Positions 19,039-27,765 of a DNA stretch of 34,106 nucleotides are shown one piece after another. The notes under the pieces were generated by a model, which was not told where the DNA came from, ran no database searches, and saw only the letters and a list, made by a program, of their open reading frames with translations. Origin of the DNA: a virus (Duplodnaviria > Caudoviricetes). Location: positions 1 to 34,106 of the IMG/VR virus record IMGVR_UViG_3300016674_000136; one strand, given 5' to 3'. Positions within the stretch are counted from its first letter, which is position 1. Each line of letters opens with the position of its first letter. The position numbers and the translations under genes were made by a program.

Positions 19039-19941
19039 TTAGATGTTGGTCACACCCTTCAGACGCGCCACGGACTTGGTGGACTTCAGCGCGAGGCCGG
19101 TGTACCACTTCAGACGGATGCGGGTTGCGTCCTTGTTCTGCACCGTGCCGATGTTCTCGACCACGATACCGGCGTCACCGCCACCATACAGACCGTGCAG
19201 ACCGTCCAGCTCGTTCAGGCGCAGGGCGTAAACGGAGCAGGTGTCGGTTGCGGAGCCCTGGTCTTCGGTGCCGTCCAGGAACTCGTTCATGATGATGGGA
19301 ATGCCGTTGTGGGTCAGCATCGGGCGACCGAAGTTCTCCAACTGCTGCATCACGGCGTCGGTGCCGTAAGTAGCGCGGAGCAGACCACGGTAAGCGCGGA
19401 TGGTGCCACGACGCATCACCAGCACATCAGCACCGTTGGGCACGGCGTCGCACAGCTCGTCCAGCATGGACATGGTGAGCGCGTTGCCGTTGGCACCGGC
19501 AGTGATGGTTTGGCTGCCGGAAACCAGTTGGGGCAGACCGTCGAACTCCTTGGCGTTCGTGGTTGCATTGCCCTTGGCCAGAGTGCGGTGGAACTCGCGT
19601 GCCACGGCTTTGGCCTTCTTGGCGATCTGGATCGCCATCTGGTCGTTGTGGTCCTGCATCGTGGACTGGAGGAACTTGTCCACATCAACGTCACCAGCCA
19701 GGATGCGCAGCTTGGCCACCACTTCGGTGAACGTTGCAGCGCTTTCGCTGATGGCTTCGTTGGGGTCCAACCATGCAGCAGAACCCAGAGTGTTCTCGCG
19801 GTTGTACACGTAGGCTTTGCCGCTCACGCCCACGAAAGGCAGAATGGCAAACAGATCATCGCGGTCGATGATTTCGTCAATGACGCCCGAAACGAGCTGG
19901 TTATTACTCAGTTTCTCGGCTTCAGCTTTCAACAGAGGCAT
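19039..19941 (-). CDS. Major capsid protein (HK97 fold)
   Basis: 300 aa, follows the scaffold gene; motif LAKGNATTNAKEFDGL and C-terminal VARLKGV; has its own promoter, RBS and terminator. Confidence 0.9.
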   Translation of the reverse strand: MPLLKAEAEKLSNNQLVSGVIDEIIDRDDLFAILPFVGVSGKAYVYNRENTLGSAAWLDPNEAISESAATFTEVVAKLRILAGDVDVDKFLQSTMQDHNDQMAIQIAKKAKAVAREFHRTLAKGNATTNAKEFDGLPQLVSGSQTITAGANGNALTMSMLDELCDAVPNGADVLVMRRGTIRAYRGLLRATYGTDAVMQQLENFGRPMLTHNGIPIIMNEFLDGTEDQGSATDTCSVYALRLNELDGLHGLYGGGDAGIVVENIGTVQNKDATRIRLKWYTGLALKSTKSVARLKGVTNI

Positions 19942-19993
19942 TTCATGCTTCCTTTCAGATTGAATGAGTCGCTTTTCGGGCCTAAGTCGCTCT

Positions 19994-20053
19994 AGTCACC
20001 GATGAGGCTGCACTATAACACAATTGGCGCCATATTGCAAGTCATCGGTGACT
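19994..20053 (-). promoter_or_regulatory. Sigma70-type promoter for the capsid gene flanked by two palindromic operators
   Basis: TTGCAA (20035-20040), 17 nt spacer, TG-n-TATAGT (20012-20017). AGTCA-TCGG-TGACT at 20040-20053 and AGTCA-CCGA-TGAGG at 19994-20007. Confidence 0.7.
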
Positions 20054-20063
20054 TATTTTTCGA

Positions 20064-20954
20064 TCAAACGACCTTGAGACCTTTCAGACCAGCGCCGATC
20101 TTGGAAATAGAGTCCGTGGGCTCGTCTTTCTTTGTCGCCTGAGTCTGCTTGGTGGACGAAGAACCTGCGCCCTGCTTCACTTTGCTCTTCAGCAGGTGGT
20201 CTTTTTCGGGATCGGCTTCCACGATCTTGCGAATTGCTTCTTCGAAGGTCAGCGAATTGCCGTATTGATCCACCAGTGCGGTGCGATTTGCAGCGCCACG
20301 CGGCTTGTCGTAACCGACAACCTTGCCGTCTTCCACATCGAAGTGATCACCGTAGATCACGCGAGCCTTGCCCGGCGTCAGGGTGGACTCTTCCGAGATG
20401 AACTTCGATTGCGCGAAGTGTTGGCCGACGCTCAGCTCCTTGATGGTGCCTTGCGTGTTGCTCAGTTGGTCTTGCAGCGTCTTGATCTGGTCCTGGAGGC
20501 TCTTGACTTCCTTGCCATGCTCTTCGGCCATGCGAGCTTTCAGGCGATCCCATTCGCCCTTGGCTTCAAGCTGCTTTTCTTCAGCCGCTTTCTGGTCGTT
20601 CAGCAGCTTGCGCACCGCTTCCGGATCGATGCCTTCGAACTTCGCCAGCGCTTCACGAGCCTTGGTCAGTTCGGCATTTGCATCGTCCAGCGCCTTCTTG
20701 CGCTTCATGTTCTCTTTCAGCAGGCGGGCTTCTTCGTCGGTCGGCTTGCGGCTGCCATCGCCACCGTCGCCGTCAGCGGGCTTTCCACCATCAGCGGGTT
20801 TGCCACCGTCAGCGGGCTTGCCATCGCCGGAGTCACCGTCACCACCATCGGGTTTGCCACCGTCACCGGAGCCACCACCGCCACCACCTCCGTCTCCACC
20901 ATCACCGTTTTGGGGAGACATGTACTTCAGACGCACATTGCGAGTCACAAACAT
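20064..20954 (-). CDS. Capsid scaffolding protein
   Basis: Between portal and capsid genes; Gly/Asp-rich N-terminal region with a DG(G)KPA triple repeat, then a long coiled coil. Confidence 0.8.
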   Translation of the reverse strand: MFVTRNVRLKYMSPQNGDGGDGGGGGGGSGDGGKPDGGDGDSGDGKPADGGKPADGGKPADGDGGDGSRKPTDEEARLLKENMKRKKALDDANAELTKAREALAKFEGIDPEAVRKLLNDQKAAEEKQLEAKGEWDRLKARMAEEHGKEVKSLQDQIKTLQDQLSNTQGTIKELSVGQHFAQSKFISEESTLTPGKARVIYGDHFDVEDGKVVGYDKPRGAANRTALVDQYGNSLTFEEAIRKIVEADPEKDHLLKSKVKQGAGSSSTKQTQATKKDEPTDSISKIGAGLKGLKVV

Positions 20955-21028
20955 TTTGTTGCCTTTCTGACCGTTCTCTTGGTCAATGGTTACAGATGCG
21001 GCAAGTCTCTTTGCCGCGTTTCACAACC

Positions 21029-22627
21029 TTACGGTTGATCGTCTTCGTCAGCCGCCGGTTTCTTGGCGGCTGGCTTTCCGGTTGCCGGATCAGCCAGTTC
21101 TTCCGGATCAGCCGGCCACTCCTTCAGTTCGCTTGACATCTTCTCCCGCAGCTCCTTCTTCAGTTGCGGGAAGAGTTTGTCCAGAACCGTTTCCATCTGC
21201 TGCTGACGAACCAGCTTGGGTGCGTCGATCAGCATCAGGCGTGCCGCGATGTCGAATTCGTCGTAGAGGCCACGGGTGTCGAAGGTATCCGGGTAGGACA
21301 CCAGATTGCCCATGTCTTCCTTGTACTCACCGTTCCAGCGAGCCACGAGTTCGACCAGCTTGTTCTCGACCACTTCCAGGCTGTCAGCTTTGGCTGCCAA
21401 CAGAGCATTCACTCGCTCAAAGTCGTAAGCCTTGGCCACGCCTGAAGAGTTGTCGATACCGAGAGCGTTGTCCTGCTTGGTGCGTTCACCGGCAAGGCCA
21501 ACGGTGTGGTAAATCTCGTTGATGATCTTGTTGATCACCGCCAAGATCATCTGCGCTTGTTTCGGGTCAGGCGACAAATAGAACGGCTGACCCCCACCCT
21601 CCCCGTCGTACAGGAAGATGCGCTTGGTGCCCATGTCCAGCAGCTTGTTGTAGTTGTCTTCGCCGGGCATCACGTTCTGAGCCGGCATGGCAAGCTGGGA
21701 GAAGGTCTGATCCTGGATGATTGCGTCCAGGTTCGACAGGTAGTTCGCCACCGCCCGATCCAGGTAGGCGATGTCGTTGATCAGCGATGCGGAATCGTAG
21801 GTCTCGTCCGTGATGATGTTGTCGGCCAGGATGACCGGCACAACGCCAAGGTCATGATTGCCTGACCCGATCAACTTCACCACCTTGCGACGGCCTTCCT
21901 TAAATTCCTTGTACAGACTCCAGTCCGCTTTCGTCCAAAGGCGGTACTGGTACTCCTCGTCGCCGGACGAGGTGAAGGGATCGGCGGCGTCACGAACGAT
22001 TTCGCGGATCAGCACCCACTCCAGAGAACCCTTGTCGTCAAAGGCGTAGTCCAGGAGCTGCTCGGGGCCCACGACGTAGGCGTAGGTGCGAACTTCGGCT
22101 TTCGTTTCGTCGGCTTTGGAGACGAGCGGGCCATCTCCGCGAACTTCGTTGTCCACCACAATGCCGATGCGGCCCTTGATCGAGCTTTTCTTCGACACCT
22201 GACGCGACAGGTCGGTGATCCCGAGACCGTTGCGAGTGGAGCGCTCCCAGAAGCGTTTGACCGAATCGGGGGCGTCTTCAATGTTGCGGGTGATGTTCTG
22301 CTTGAACAGGTACTTGTTCAGGAGGTCAACGACTTCGCGGCTGTGGTTGAAACGATAGGCGCGATTCAGACGGTCGCCGAACTCGGTGTCGCCTTCCTTG
22401 ATGTAGCGGAAGACGTTTTCCTTGAACCATTCCCGGCCGCCTTCGTAGGTCTGCTCCAGAAACATCCAGTGTGACAGCATTTCGTCGTACAGAGGGTGAC
22501 GACGCTCGATCAGCTTTCGCAGCCGCTTCTGGTCGTCTCCGAGAGCCGGCATGGCAGCGCCCTGCGCCGCATCATTCGGGTCAATGCGGTACTCGTCACC
22601 AGTTTTGAAGGGTTTATTCGTTGCCAT
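21029..22627 (-). CDS. Portal protein
   Basis: 532 aa directly after terL; motifs HDLGVVPVI, LINDIAYL and SGVAKAYDF are typical of SPP1 gp6-like portals. Confidence 0.88.
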   Translation of the reverse strand: MATNKPFKTGDEYRIDPNDAAQGAAMPALGDDQKRLRKLIERRHPLYDEMLSHWMFLEQTYEGGREWFKENVFRYIKEGDTEFGDRLNRAYRFNHSREVVDLLNKYLFKQNITRNIEDAPDSVKRFWERSTRNGLGITDLSRQVSKKSSIKGRIGIVVDNEVRGDGPLVSKADETKAEVRTYAYVVGPEQLLDYAFDDKGSLEWVLIREIVRDAADPFTSSGDEEYQYRLWTKADWSLYKEFKEGRRKVVKLIGSGNHDLGVVPVILADNIITDETYDSASLINDIAYLDRAVANYLSNLDAIIQDQTFSQLAMPAQNVMPGEDNYNKLLDMGTKRIFLYDGEGGGQPFYLSPDPKQAQMILAVINKIINEIYHTVGLAGERTKQDNALGIDNSSGVAKAYDFERVNALLAAKADSLEVVENKLVELVARWNGEYKEDMGNLVSYPDTFDTRGLYDEFDIAARLMLIDAPKLVRQQQMETVLDKLFPQLKKELREKMSSELKEWPADPEELADPATGKPAAKKPAADEDDQP

Positions 22628-22669
22628 AGGACACCTATCTTATACGTCACTACTGAATTAGTCAACGGC

Positions 22670-23914
22670 TTATATTGACAAGCCGCCAATCTCGATCTTG
22701 CGCACCGGGTATTCCAACTCAATGCAGTAACCACCCGCGTCAGCGGAGTGTTCCAGACCCATTGATTTGTCCACTTCGCGGGTGCCCTTCTTGTAGATGG
22801 TCTGCTCCAGCGAAGTGATGAAGTGCTTGCAACGCTCATCGATCCTCAGACGCACGCGACCTGTGGCGTCCTTGAGCATTCGGTTCACTGCGTTCACGCG
22901 GTCGGCCACCAGCGGGTGCTTCTTTCGGTACTTGATCCGCTTGAAGCCCTTCTCGCGCAGGATGTCCATGTCGGTTTCACCGCGAGCGTGCTGGCGCTGG
23001 CCGCCGGCCGGGTCGGGGTACACCACCACTTGCTTTTGGTTGCGCCAGTAGCGCTTCTCCAGCTCCTCGCACACCTCTTCGGTGTTGGAGCCGAACAGAA
23101 CGATTTCATCCACGGCCCAAAGTTCCCCATTTTCCTGGGGCTGGTAGATCACCGTGGACATCGGGTCGATGTTGAAGTCCATACCCACCCAGATCGGCAG
23201 CTTCGGGTTGAAGGGGTAGCTGCCCACGTGCGTGGCGCGTTCGAAGGGGTAGTACACCCGTCCGGACATCGTTTCGAACGAGGCTTCGAATTCCTGGGCG
23301 AAGCTCTTGGGGTCCATGTCCTGACGGGCAGCCTCGATTTCCGACACGGGAATGAACGGAGAGGTGATTGTCGGGAACTGCCAGGACTGCCACTCTTTGC
23401 GAGCGACGGCTTTCGGGTTCTGGCCCTTCTTGTAGAGCTGGTACAGGTAGTTGTACGCCTTGGGCGTGCCGATGAAGATGGCGTCACCGCCCGTGTCGGC
23501 CAGCGTCGGGCGCAGCACCTGCGTCCAGACTTCTTCGGCCATGTCCTGAAACTCGTCCAGAACGAGGAAGTGGATACCCACGCCCCGCAGCGAGTCGGGT
23601 TTGTCCGCGCCCTTGAGTTCGATCCGGGTGCCGTTGATCAGGACGATGGTGAGTGAGGTTTCGTTGATCTTGCGAATCCACTTGCGCGGGATTGCGTCGA
23701 GCAAGTCCACCCACATAATCTGCTTGGCCATCTTGTACGTCGGGGCCACATACCAGATTTTTCGCTTGGGTCGCTGGGCGTTCTTGATGATCAGAACCCG
23801 AGACAGCGCAGTCTTTCCCCAGCGGCGGCCGGCCACGACGACCCGGTATCGGCACTGTGACCGATACACTTCCATCTGCTTGGGGTGAAGGGAGAGCGCT
23901 GCCTTGTGCTTCAC
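22670..23914 (-). CDS. terL: Terminase large subunit
   Basis: Walker A VAGRRWGKT, Walker B LRG...FLVLDE, motif IGTP, nuclease motifs GMDFN and HSADA. Confidence 0.95.
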   Translation of the reverse strand: MKHKAALSLHPKQMEVYRSQCRYRVVVAGRRWGKTALSRVLIIKNAQRPKRKIWYVAPTYKMAKQIMWVDLLDAIPRKWIRKINETSLTIVLINGTRIELKGADKPDSLRGVGIHFLVLDEFQDMAEEVWTQVLRPTLADTGGDAIFIGTPKAYNYLYQLYKKGQNPKAVARKEWQSWQFPTITSPFIPVSEIEAARQDMDPKSFAQEFEASFETMSGRVYYPFERATHVGSYPFNPKLPIWVGMDFNIDPMSTVIYQPQENGELWAVDEIVLFGSNTEEVCEELEKRYWRNQKQVVVYPDPAGGQRQHARGETDMDILREKGFKRIKYRKKHPLVADRVNAVNRMLKDATGRVRLRIDERCKHFITSLEQTIYKKGTREVDKSMGLEHSADAGGYCIELEYPVRKIEIGGLSI

Positions 23915-24570
23915 TCATTCTCCTCCACGATCCCATCCTCGTCGTCATTGGCGTTCTCAGAAGCCCCTTCGGCTTCGTCCTCGACGCCTGGGAGGTCAAG
24001 ACTATCCAGGTCTTCGTCAACGTCCCTGAAGTTGCGCGAGCGCAGCATTTCGATCTGCTCCGCCGTCAGCTCCGAAATCACCAGTTCCGGCACATCATTC
24101 TCGTCAACCGCATCCGGACGATCCAGACCCAGAACGGAGTAGCGCTCCTCACGGGCCTTCTTGAGTGCGCTCATGGCGATGTCCAGAGACTTCAGGTTCA
24201 TCTGGATCGTGCCCAGGGCAACGCCGTCTTGTTTGGCTTTGAGAATCTCCGCCCATGTGAGCTTGGCCAGGCCGGCGGCCATCTTGTAATGGTCGTCCTT
24301 GGTTTCGCGGATGCGAGCAGCGATGATCGCGGCGTCGTTCTCGGCTTCCTTCTCCATGCGGGCGTGCGCCTTCTCGGCGATCTTGTCCGCCTTGGAGCCC
24401 TTCTTGATCCCCTTCTTTTTGAAGTGGTTCATGAAGGTCATGCGGTGCCGATTGAACTTCTTGGCGAGGTCAACAATCGTGACGGTGCCGCTGGCCCAGA
24501 GAGCTTCCGCTTCTCGCCACTCTTTCGGCGTCATTTGGCGACGCGACGGTTTCTCGACTGTTTCTTCCAT
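23911..24570 (-). CDS. terS: Terminase small subunit
   Basis: N-terminal HTH (W.EAEALW...IVDLAKKF), a helical oligomerisation region and an acidic tail; overlaps the terL start. Confidence 0.75.
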   Translation of the reverse strand: MEETVEKPSRRQMTPKEWREAEALWASGTVTIVDLAKKFNRHRMTFMNHFKKKGIKKGSKADKIAEKAHARMEKEAENDAAIIAARIRETKDDHYKMAAGLAKLTWAEILKAKQDGVALGTIQMNLKSLDIAMSALKKAREERYSVLGLDRPDAVDENDVPELVISELTAEQIEMLRSRNFRDVDEDLDSLDLPGVEDEAEGASENANDDEDGIVEENE

Positions 24571-24581
24571 CTTCGATGCTC

Positions 24582-24608
24582 AAAAAAAATGGGCGTGGAG
24601 AGACGCCC
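24582..24608 (-). terminator. Terminator-like hairpin in the terS leader
   Basis: Minus strand reads GGGCGT-CTCTCC-ACGCCC-A-TTTTTTTT, ending about 11 nt before the terS ATG. Confidence 0.6.
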
Positions 24609-24634
24609 GTGGAGATGACTGAAAGCCACGGCGC

Positions 24635-24676
24635 AATGTAGCAATTTTGCCACACATTGTCAAGTCAGTCGTGACT
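24635..24676 (-). promoter_or_regulatory. Sigma70-type promoter of the packaging operon with an operator abutting the -35
   Basis: Consensus TTGACA (24658-24663), 17 nt spacer, TG-n-TACATT (24635-24640). A perfect AGTCA-GTCG-TGACT lies at 24663-24676. Confidence 0.72.
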
Positions 24677-25069
24677 GATGTCAGAATTTGCATTAAGGAT
24701 CGTGATTGCACTTAGCAGCCCGAACGCAGCGGCCCGCTCTTGAGTCGTTTCCGCGTCCGTCTCGATCATCCCGTCTTCCATCTCAAGCTGAGCCGTCCAC
24801 ATCCCCGTGGAGTCTTCTTCCAGGGTGATGTCGATCTTCATGCTTTCGAGAAGCTCCAGGGAGAAGTCGAGATTGTTGGCGAAGTCCGGGCCTTCGATCC
24901 AGTTGGTGTCGTCCGGATGCTCGACATCTTTGGGCCACATCTTGACCTTGCCGTCGAACAGCTCCGCCCGAAAGCCCAAGCCGGCGGCGATCATGAGGTT
25001 CATCATCGGGCCGGGGATTTCGAACCGTTCCGGGACTTCCCGCTCTTCCCGCTCATTTTCTTCTTTCAT
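24665..25069 (-). CDS. Acidic hypothetical protein, possibly phage ABA-sandwich domain
   Basis: 134 aa ORF filling the gap; the pattern PDFANNLDFSLELLE...W.A.......AET.ERAAAFGLL.A loosely resembles that family. Confidence 0.5.
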   Translation of the reverse strand: MKEENEREEREVPERFEIPGPMMNLMIAAGLGFRAELFDGKVKMWPKDVEHPDDTNWIEGPDFANNLDFSLELLESMKIDITLEEDSTGMWTAQLEMEDGMIETDAETTQERAAAFGLLSAITILNANSDISHD

Positions 25070-25144
25070 TACTTTCTCTCTTTCTTTATTAAGTAATACT
25101 ACGTTGGGAGAAAAATCTCCCGCGCGGGAAAGGAGTTTCCCGCA

Positions 25145-25480
25145 TCACTCGGAAAGCAGATCGGAGAACTCTTCCAGGAAGGCTTCGGTCTCCGGATCGA
25201 CAACCATCGCCGGCTCGGATTTGTCCCGCCCTTGCAGCTTTGCGCCCAGCTCGGTCAGGGAAATAACCACGCGGAAGCGGCCCCGGCGCTTCTCTCGGCC
25301 GTCCTTTTTGATCAGGTCACGGTTGAGTAGGGCCCGGATCGAAAACTGCAAGGACTGCTTCGAAGTCTCGTAGCTCAGCCTCTCAAGGATTTGGTCGAGG
25401 TCGGTCGCCGTCCCGTCGGGGTTGCGCTCCCCGATGATCCGCATGAGTTCGAACTGTTTGGCTGTGAAGTACAGGTGCAT
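25145..25480 (-). CDS. Winged-helix (MarR-like) DNA-binding protein
   Basis: Start reassigned to MHLYFTAKQFELMRII, 2 nt after the GNAT stop. SKQSLQFSIRALLNRDLI...RRGRFRVVISLTELG matches a recognition helix, wing and LTxxG. Confidence 0.75.
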   Translation of the reverse strand: MHLYFTAKQFELMRIIGERNPDGTATDLDQILERLSYETSKQSLQFSIRALLNRDLIKKDGREKRRGRFRVVISLTELGAKLQGRDKSEPAMVVDPETEAFLEEFSDLLSE

Positions 25481-25482
25481 GG

Positions 25483-26394
25483 TCAGATTCTGGAAAGGTC
25501 CAAAGGCTGATTGGTGGGCTGGTTGTCGAACGCGATGATCGGGACGCGGGCCGGCAGCCGGGAAGTTCCCTTCTCGGGCGTTGCGTCCGGGTTGATGTAC
25601 ACGCCGTACAGAGGACTGGCCAGGGTGAGCTGCTGGAGCGCCTTGAGGATGTGCCCGATTTCCATGTTGTCTCGGCGGCTTTCGCCTCGGAAACGGGCGT
25701 TCCCGGTCTTCTCCAGGGCCGAACAGGCGTAGTAGAACTTGCGCATCTCGGCTTCGCACTTCGCACGCACCGCCGGCTTCATGGCGTTCAGCTCGGCCAT
25801 CACGCCCACGTAGTCCGACGGCTGCGAGACGAACCAGCGTCGGAAGAAGGCGAGCCCCTTCTCGTAGTTCGCCGAGCGCTTGGGCTTGACGAACTGGATG
25901 CCGGCTTTCGCTGCGAACGGGTTGAACTTCGACATCGAGGACTGGAACTCGATGAATTGGCAGCCCGTCATCCGCATCATGATGTTCTGCATCCGATAGG
26001 CGATGCCGGCACCGCGATACATGGTGTCGAGGACCAGCCGGCTGTTCAGGCACGAGTGGTCGTTGATCCAGTAGGCGCGGTGACGGTTGATGATCCGCGA
26101 GTCCATTCCGCCCGTGTTGGGCTTCAGGTGTCGGAAGACCTCGTTGCGCCCGGACAGCAGAATCTTCGGCACGGTCATCACACCGACGCCAATCGTTTTG
26201 CCGTGCAGCACGCAGCGGTAAATCTTCGGCCCGATCCCGAGCGACTCCGCCTTGTAGTGGAGTTCGTGCAGCAGGTTCCAGTCATCGATGTCGCCCCGCT
26301 CGACGTAGATGTCAGGCAACAGCGACAGGGAATGACCAGAAGGCACCTCCCGGCGCTCCAACAGGAGGTCTAGGTTGTCAGCGACGGTCAGCAC
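25483..26394 (-). CDS. GNAT-fold acyltransferase of the type associated with phage ABC ATPases (Mom-like candidate)
   Basis: Acetyl-CoA motif A SRLVLDTMYRGAGIA, N-terminal LHELHY and the later SMSKFNPFAAKAG. Probable GTG start at 26394 after GGAG. Confidence 0.7.
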   Translation of the reverse strand: MLTVADNLDLLLERREVPSGHSLSLLPDIYVERGDIDDWNLLHELHYKAESLGIGPKIYRCVLHGKTIGVGVMTVPKILLSGRNEVFRHLKPNTGGMDSRIINRHRAYWINDHSCLNSRLVLDTMYRGAGIAYRMQNIMMRMTGCQFIEFQSSMSKFNPFAAKAGIQFVKPKRSANYEKGLAFFRRWFVSQPSDYVGVMAELNAMKPAVRAKCEAEMRKFYYACSALEKTGNARFRGESRRDNMEIGHILKALQQLTLASPLYGVYINPDATPEKGTSRLPARVPIIAFDNQPTNQPLDLSRI

Positions 26395-26656
26395 TTTTGC
26401 GGCGCTCCATGACGTTTCGGTAGAACCAGATCGAGCTGGCGATGCCAAGACAGCCACCAAGCATCGAGACTCCCAGAACCTGAAGAGACCCGCCGGCGGC
26501 GTACTTGACGAAGATGAACTGGGAGAGCGAGATGCCGGCCGAGGTGATCATGGCTGCCATGTAGCGGCCCGCGACCACGTTGCGCGACTGGAGCCCCAGA
26601 AGGAACACCACGGTGTACGCGCCCGCGAAGACGATCAGGATGTCGGCCAGCGTCAT
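26378..26656 (-). CDS. Small membrane protein (about 3 TM helices)
   Basis: 92 aa from MTLADILIVF with three hydrophobic stretches; starts 1 nt after the thioredoxin stop. Confidence 0.7.
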   Translation of the reverse strand: MTLADILIVFAGAYTVVFLLGLQSRNVVAGRYMAAMITSAGISLSQFIFVKYAAGGSLQVLGVSMLGGCLGIASSIWFYRNVMERRKSADRR

Positions 26657-26657
26657 T

Positions 26658-26978
26658 TCACAGCCCGAAGAACGCTTTGAGCTTGGCTTCGTCGGCGGCA
26701 CCCACGATGCGGGCGGTTTCCTGGCCGTTTTCGAACTTCACCAGCGTGGGCACGGCGCGAATCTTGGTGTCGCTGGCGGCCGCAGTCGCGTGGAAGACGT
26801 TCACGTAGGACACGCTCAGCTTCGGGTTCGCGTCTTCGATCTTCTCCAGGACGCGCTTGACCATGCCGCAGGGCCCGCAGGTGGGCGAACTGAACAGCAC
26901 GTAAGACTTCTGGTCGCCCGTCCACGAGGACATGATGGCTTGTTCGAAGGTTTGTTGGTCGTTGAGGACATCGGTCAT
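26658..26978 (-). CDS. Thioredoxin
   Basis: FSSPTCGPC active site and the cis-Pro loop IRAVPTLVKFENG; 106 aa. Confidence 0.9.
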   Translation of the reverse strand: MTDVLNDQQTFEQAIMSSWTGDQKSYVLFSSPTCGPCGMVKRVLEKIEDANPKLSVSYVNVFHATAAASDTKIRAVPTLVKFENGQETARIVGAADEAKLKAFFGL

Positions 26979-27625
26979 TGTTTTTCTCCGTTCCGGACGA
27001 TTTCGATCTTTTCCCGATAGCGCTTCTCGATGTAAACGTTGGGAGCCAGGTCATCCACCATGTCCGTGTGAGTGGTGGCGACCATCAGAGTCGCGCCAAC
27101 TTTGCGGGCGATCTTCTGGAGGTTGAAGGCGATGACCTTTGCGGTCGTGCGATCCAGGACGGCGAGGAACTCGTCCGCGACCCAGACCTGTGCGCCGGAT
27201 TCGATCAGCTTGGCCAGCTTGAAGCGGTAGCGCTGCCCGTCGGACAGCTCCTGCGGCTTGCGAACGAACAGGTACGCGTCGTTCAGCCCGGCAATGGACA
27301 GAAGGTTCAGCGCCTCGTTGGTGTTCTTGCCGATCTGGTCGATCAGCGGACGCGTTGAATCAAGCTCCACGAGGTCGATGTCCGCGACCTTGAGACCTTC
27401 GTCCCGCATCTGAATGGCCAGCTCGCGCAGCGAAAGGGACTTGCCGGAGCCCGATTGCCCGGTGATGTACACGACATCGCCCTGCTCGACTTCAATCGGC
27501 TGGTTGTCGTAGATCACGAACTCCTTGTCGTCCAGCACGAGGCCGAACGCTTCCGCGATTTCCAGCACGCGGTCGGTGCGGTCAACTTGGGTCTTGAACC
27601 GCTTGTCCAGGTGGTAAATGCTCAT
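26975..27625 (-). CDS. Soluble ABC-type ATPase
   Basis: Walker A GQSGSGKS, signature LSDGQ, Walker B VWVADE and H-loop ATTH. Start reassigned to MSIYHLDK (GGGGAG RBS, TGATG overlap). Confidence 0.9.
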   Translation of the reverse strand: MSIYHLDKRFKTQVDRTDRVLEIAEAFGLVLDDKEFVIYDNQPIEVEQGDVVYITGQSGSGKSLSLRELAIQMRDEGLKVADIDLVELDSTRPLIDQIGKNTNEALNLLSIAGLNDAYLFVRKPQELSDGQRYRFKLAKLIESGAQVWVADEFLAVLDRTTAKVIAFNLQKIARKVGATLMVATTHTDMVDDLAPNVYIEKRYREKIEIVRNGEKQ

Positions 27626-27765
27626 CACCAAGTCTCCCCTTTCCACAGAATTCGGCTCACGCCGATCACGACATAGAGAAAGAAGGCGAACATGAGCGCG
27701 CCCACGATCCAGAACGGCACTACGGTCGCCCAGAACGCCCAGGTTGGAATGCATACGTCACTCAT
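27625..27765 (-). CDS. 46 aa single-pass membrane microprotein (not in the ORF track)
   Basis: MSDVCIPTWAFWATVVPFWIVGALMFAFFLYVVIGVSRILWKGETW*; ATGA overlap upstream and TGATG overlap downstream. Confidence 0.65.
   Translation of the reverse strand: MSDVCIPTWAFWATVVPFWIVGALMFAFFLYVVIGVSRILWKGETW

Noticed and set aside
19994-20053. 12-bp inverted repeat upstream of the capsid gene as a structured ncRNA
   Set aside because: It is better explained as two copies of the operator palindrome flanking a promoter; a hairpin could form only in read-through RNA.
20770-20890. 18-bp GKPADG repeats and Gly runs in the scaffold gene
   Set aside because: This is a low-complexity linker common at scaffold N-termini, with no evidence of a separate function.
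362-24618. Many plus-strand and alternate-frame ORFs over the structural genes (e.g. 3078-4361, 11973-12983, 19027-19995)
   Set aside because: They are antisense shadows typical of GC-rich coding DNA, with no motifs or RBS support.
25481-26053. N-terminal 190 aa of the 302 aa ORF 25145-26053
   Set aside because: It is an alternate-frame shadow over the GNAT gene; the winged-helix protein starts at 25480.
26975-27625. ABC ATPase as part of a nutrient transporter
   Set aside because: There is no permease-sized membrane protein or binding protein; the LSDGQ signature and GNAT/ParB context favour a soluble role.
27625-27640. GETW C-terminus of the 46 aa protein as a tag copy
   Set aside because: It is explained by the overlapping RBS (GGGGAG) and TGATG coupling and lacks YxQTH. 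It also shows that GxxW-stop alone can arise from coupling signals, which weakens the TGEAW case.
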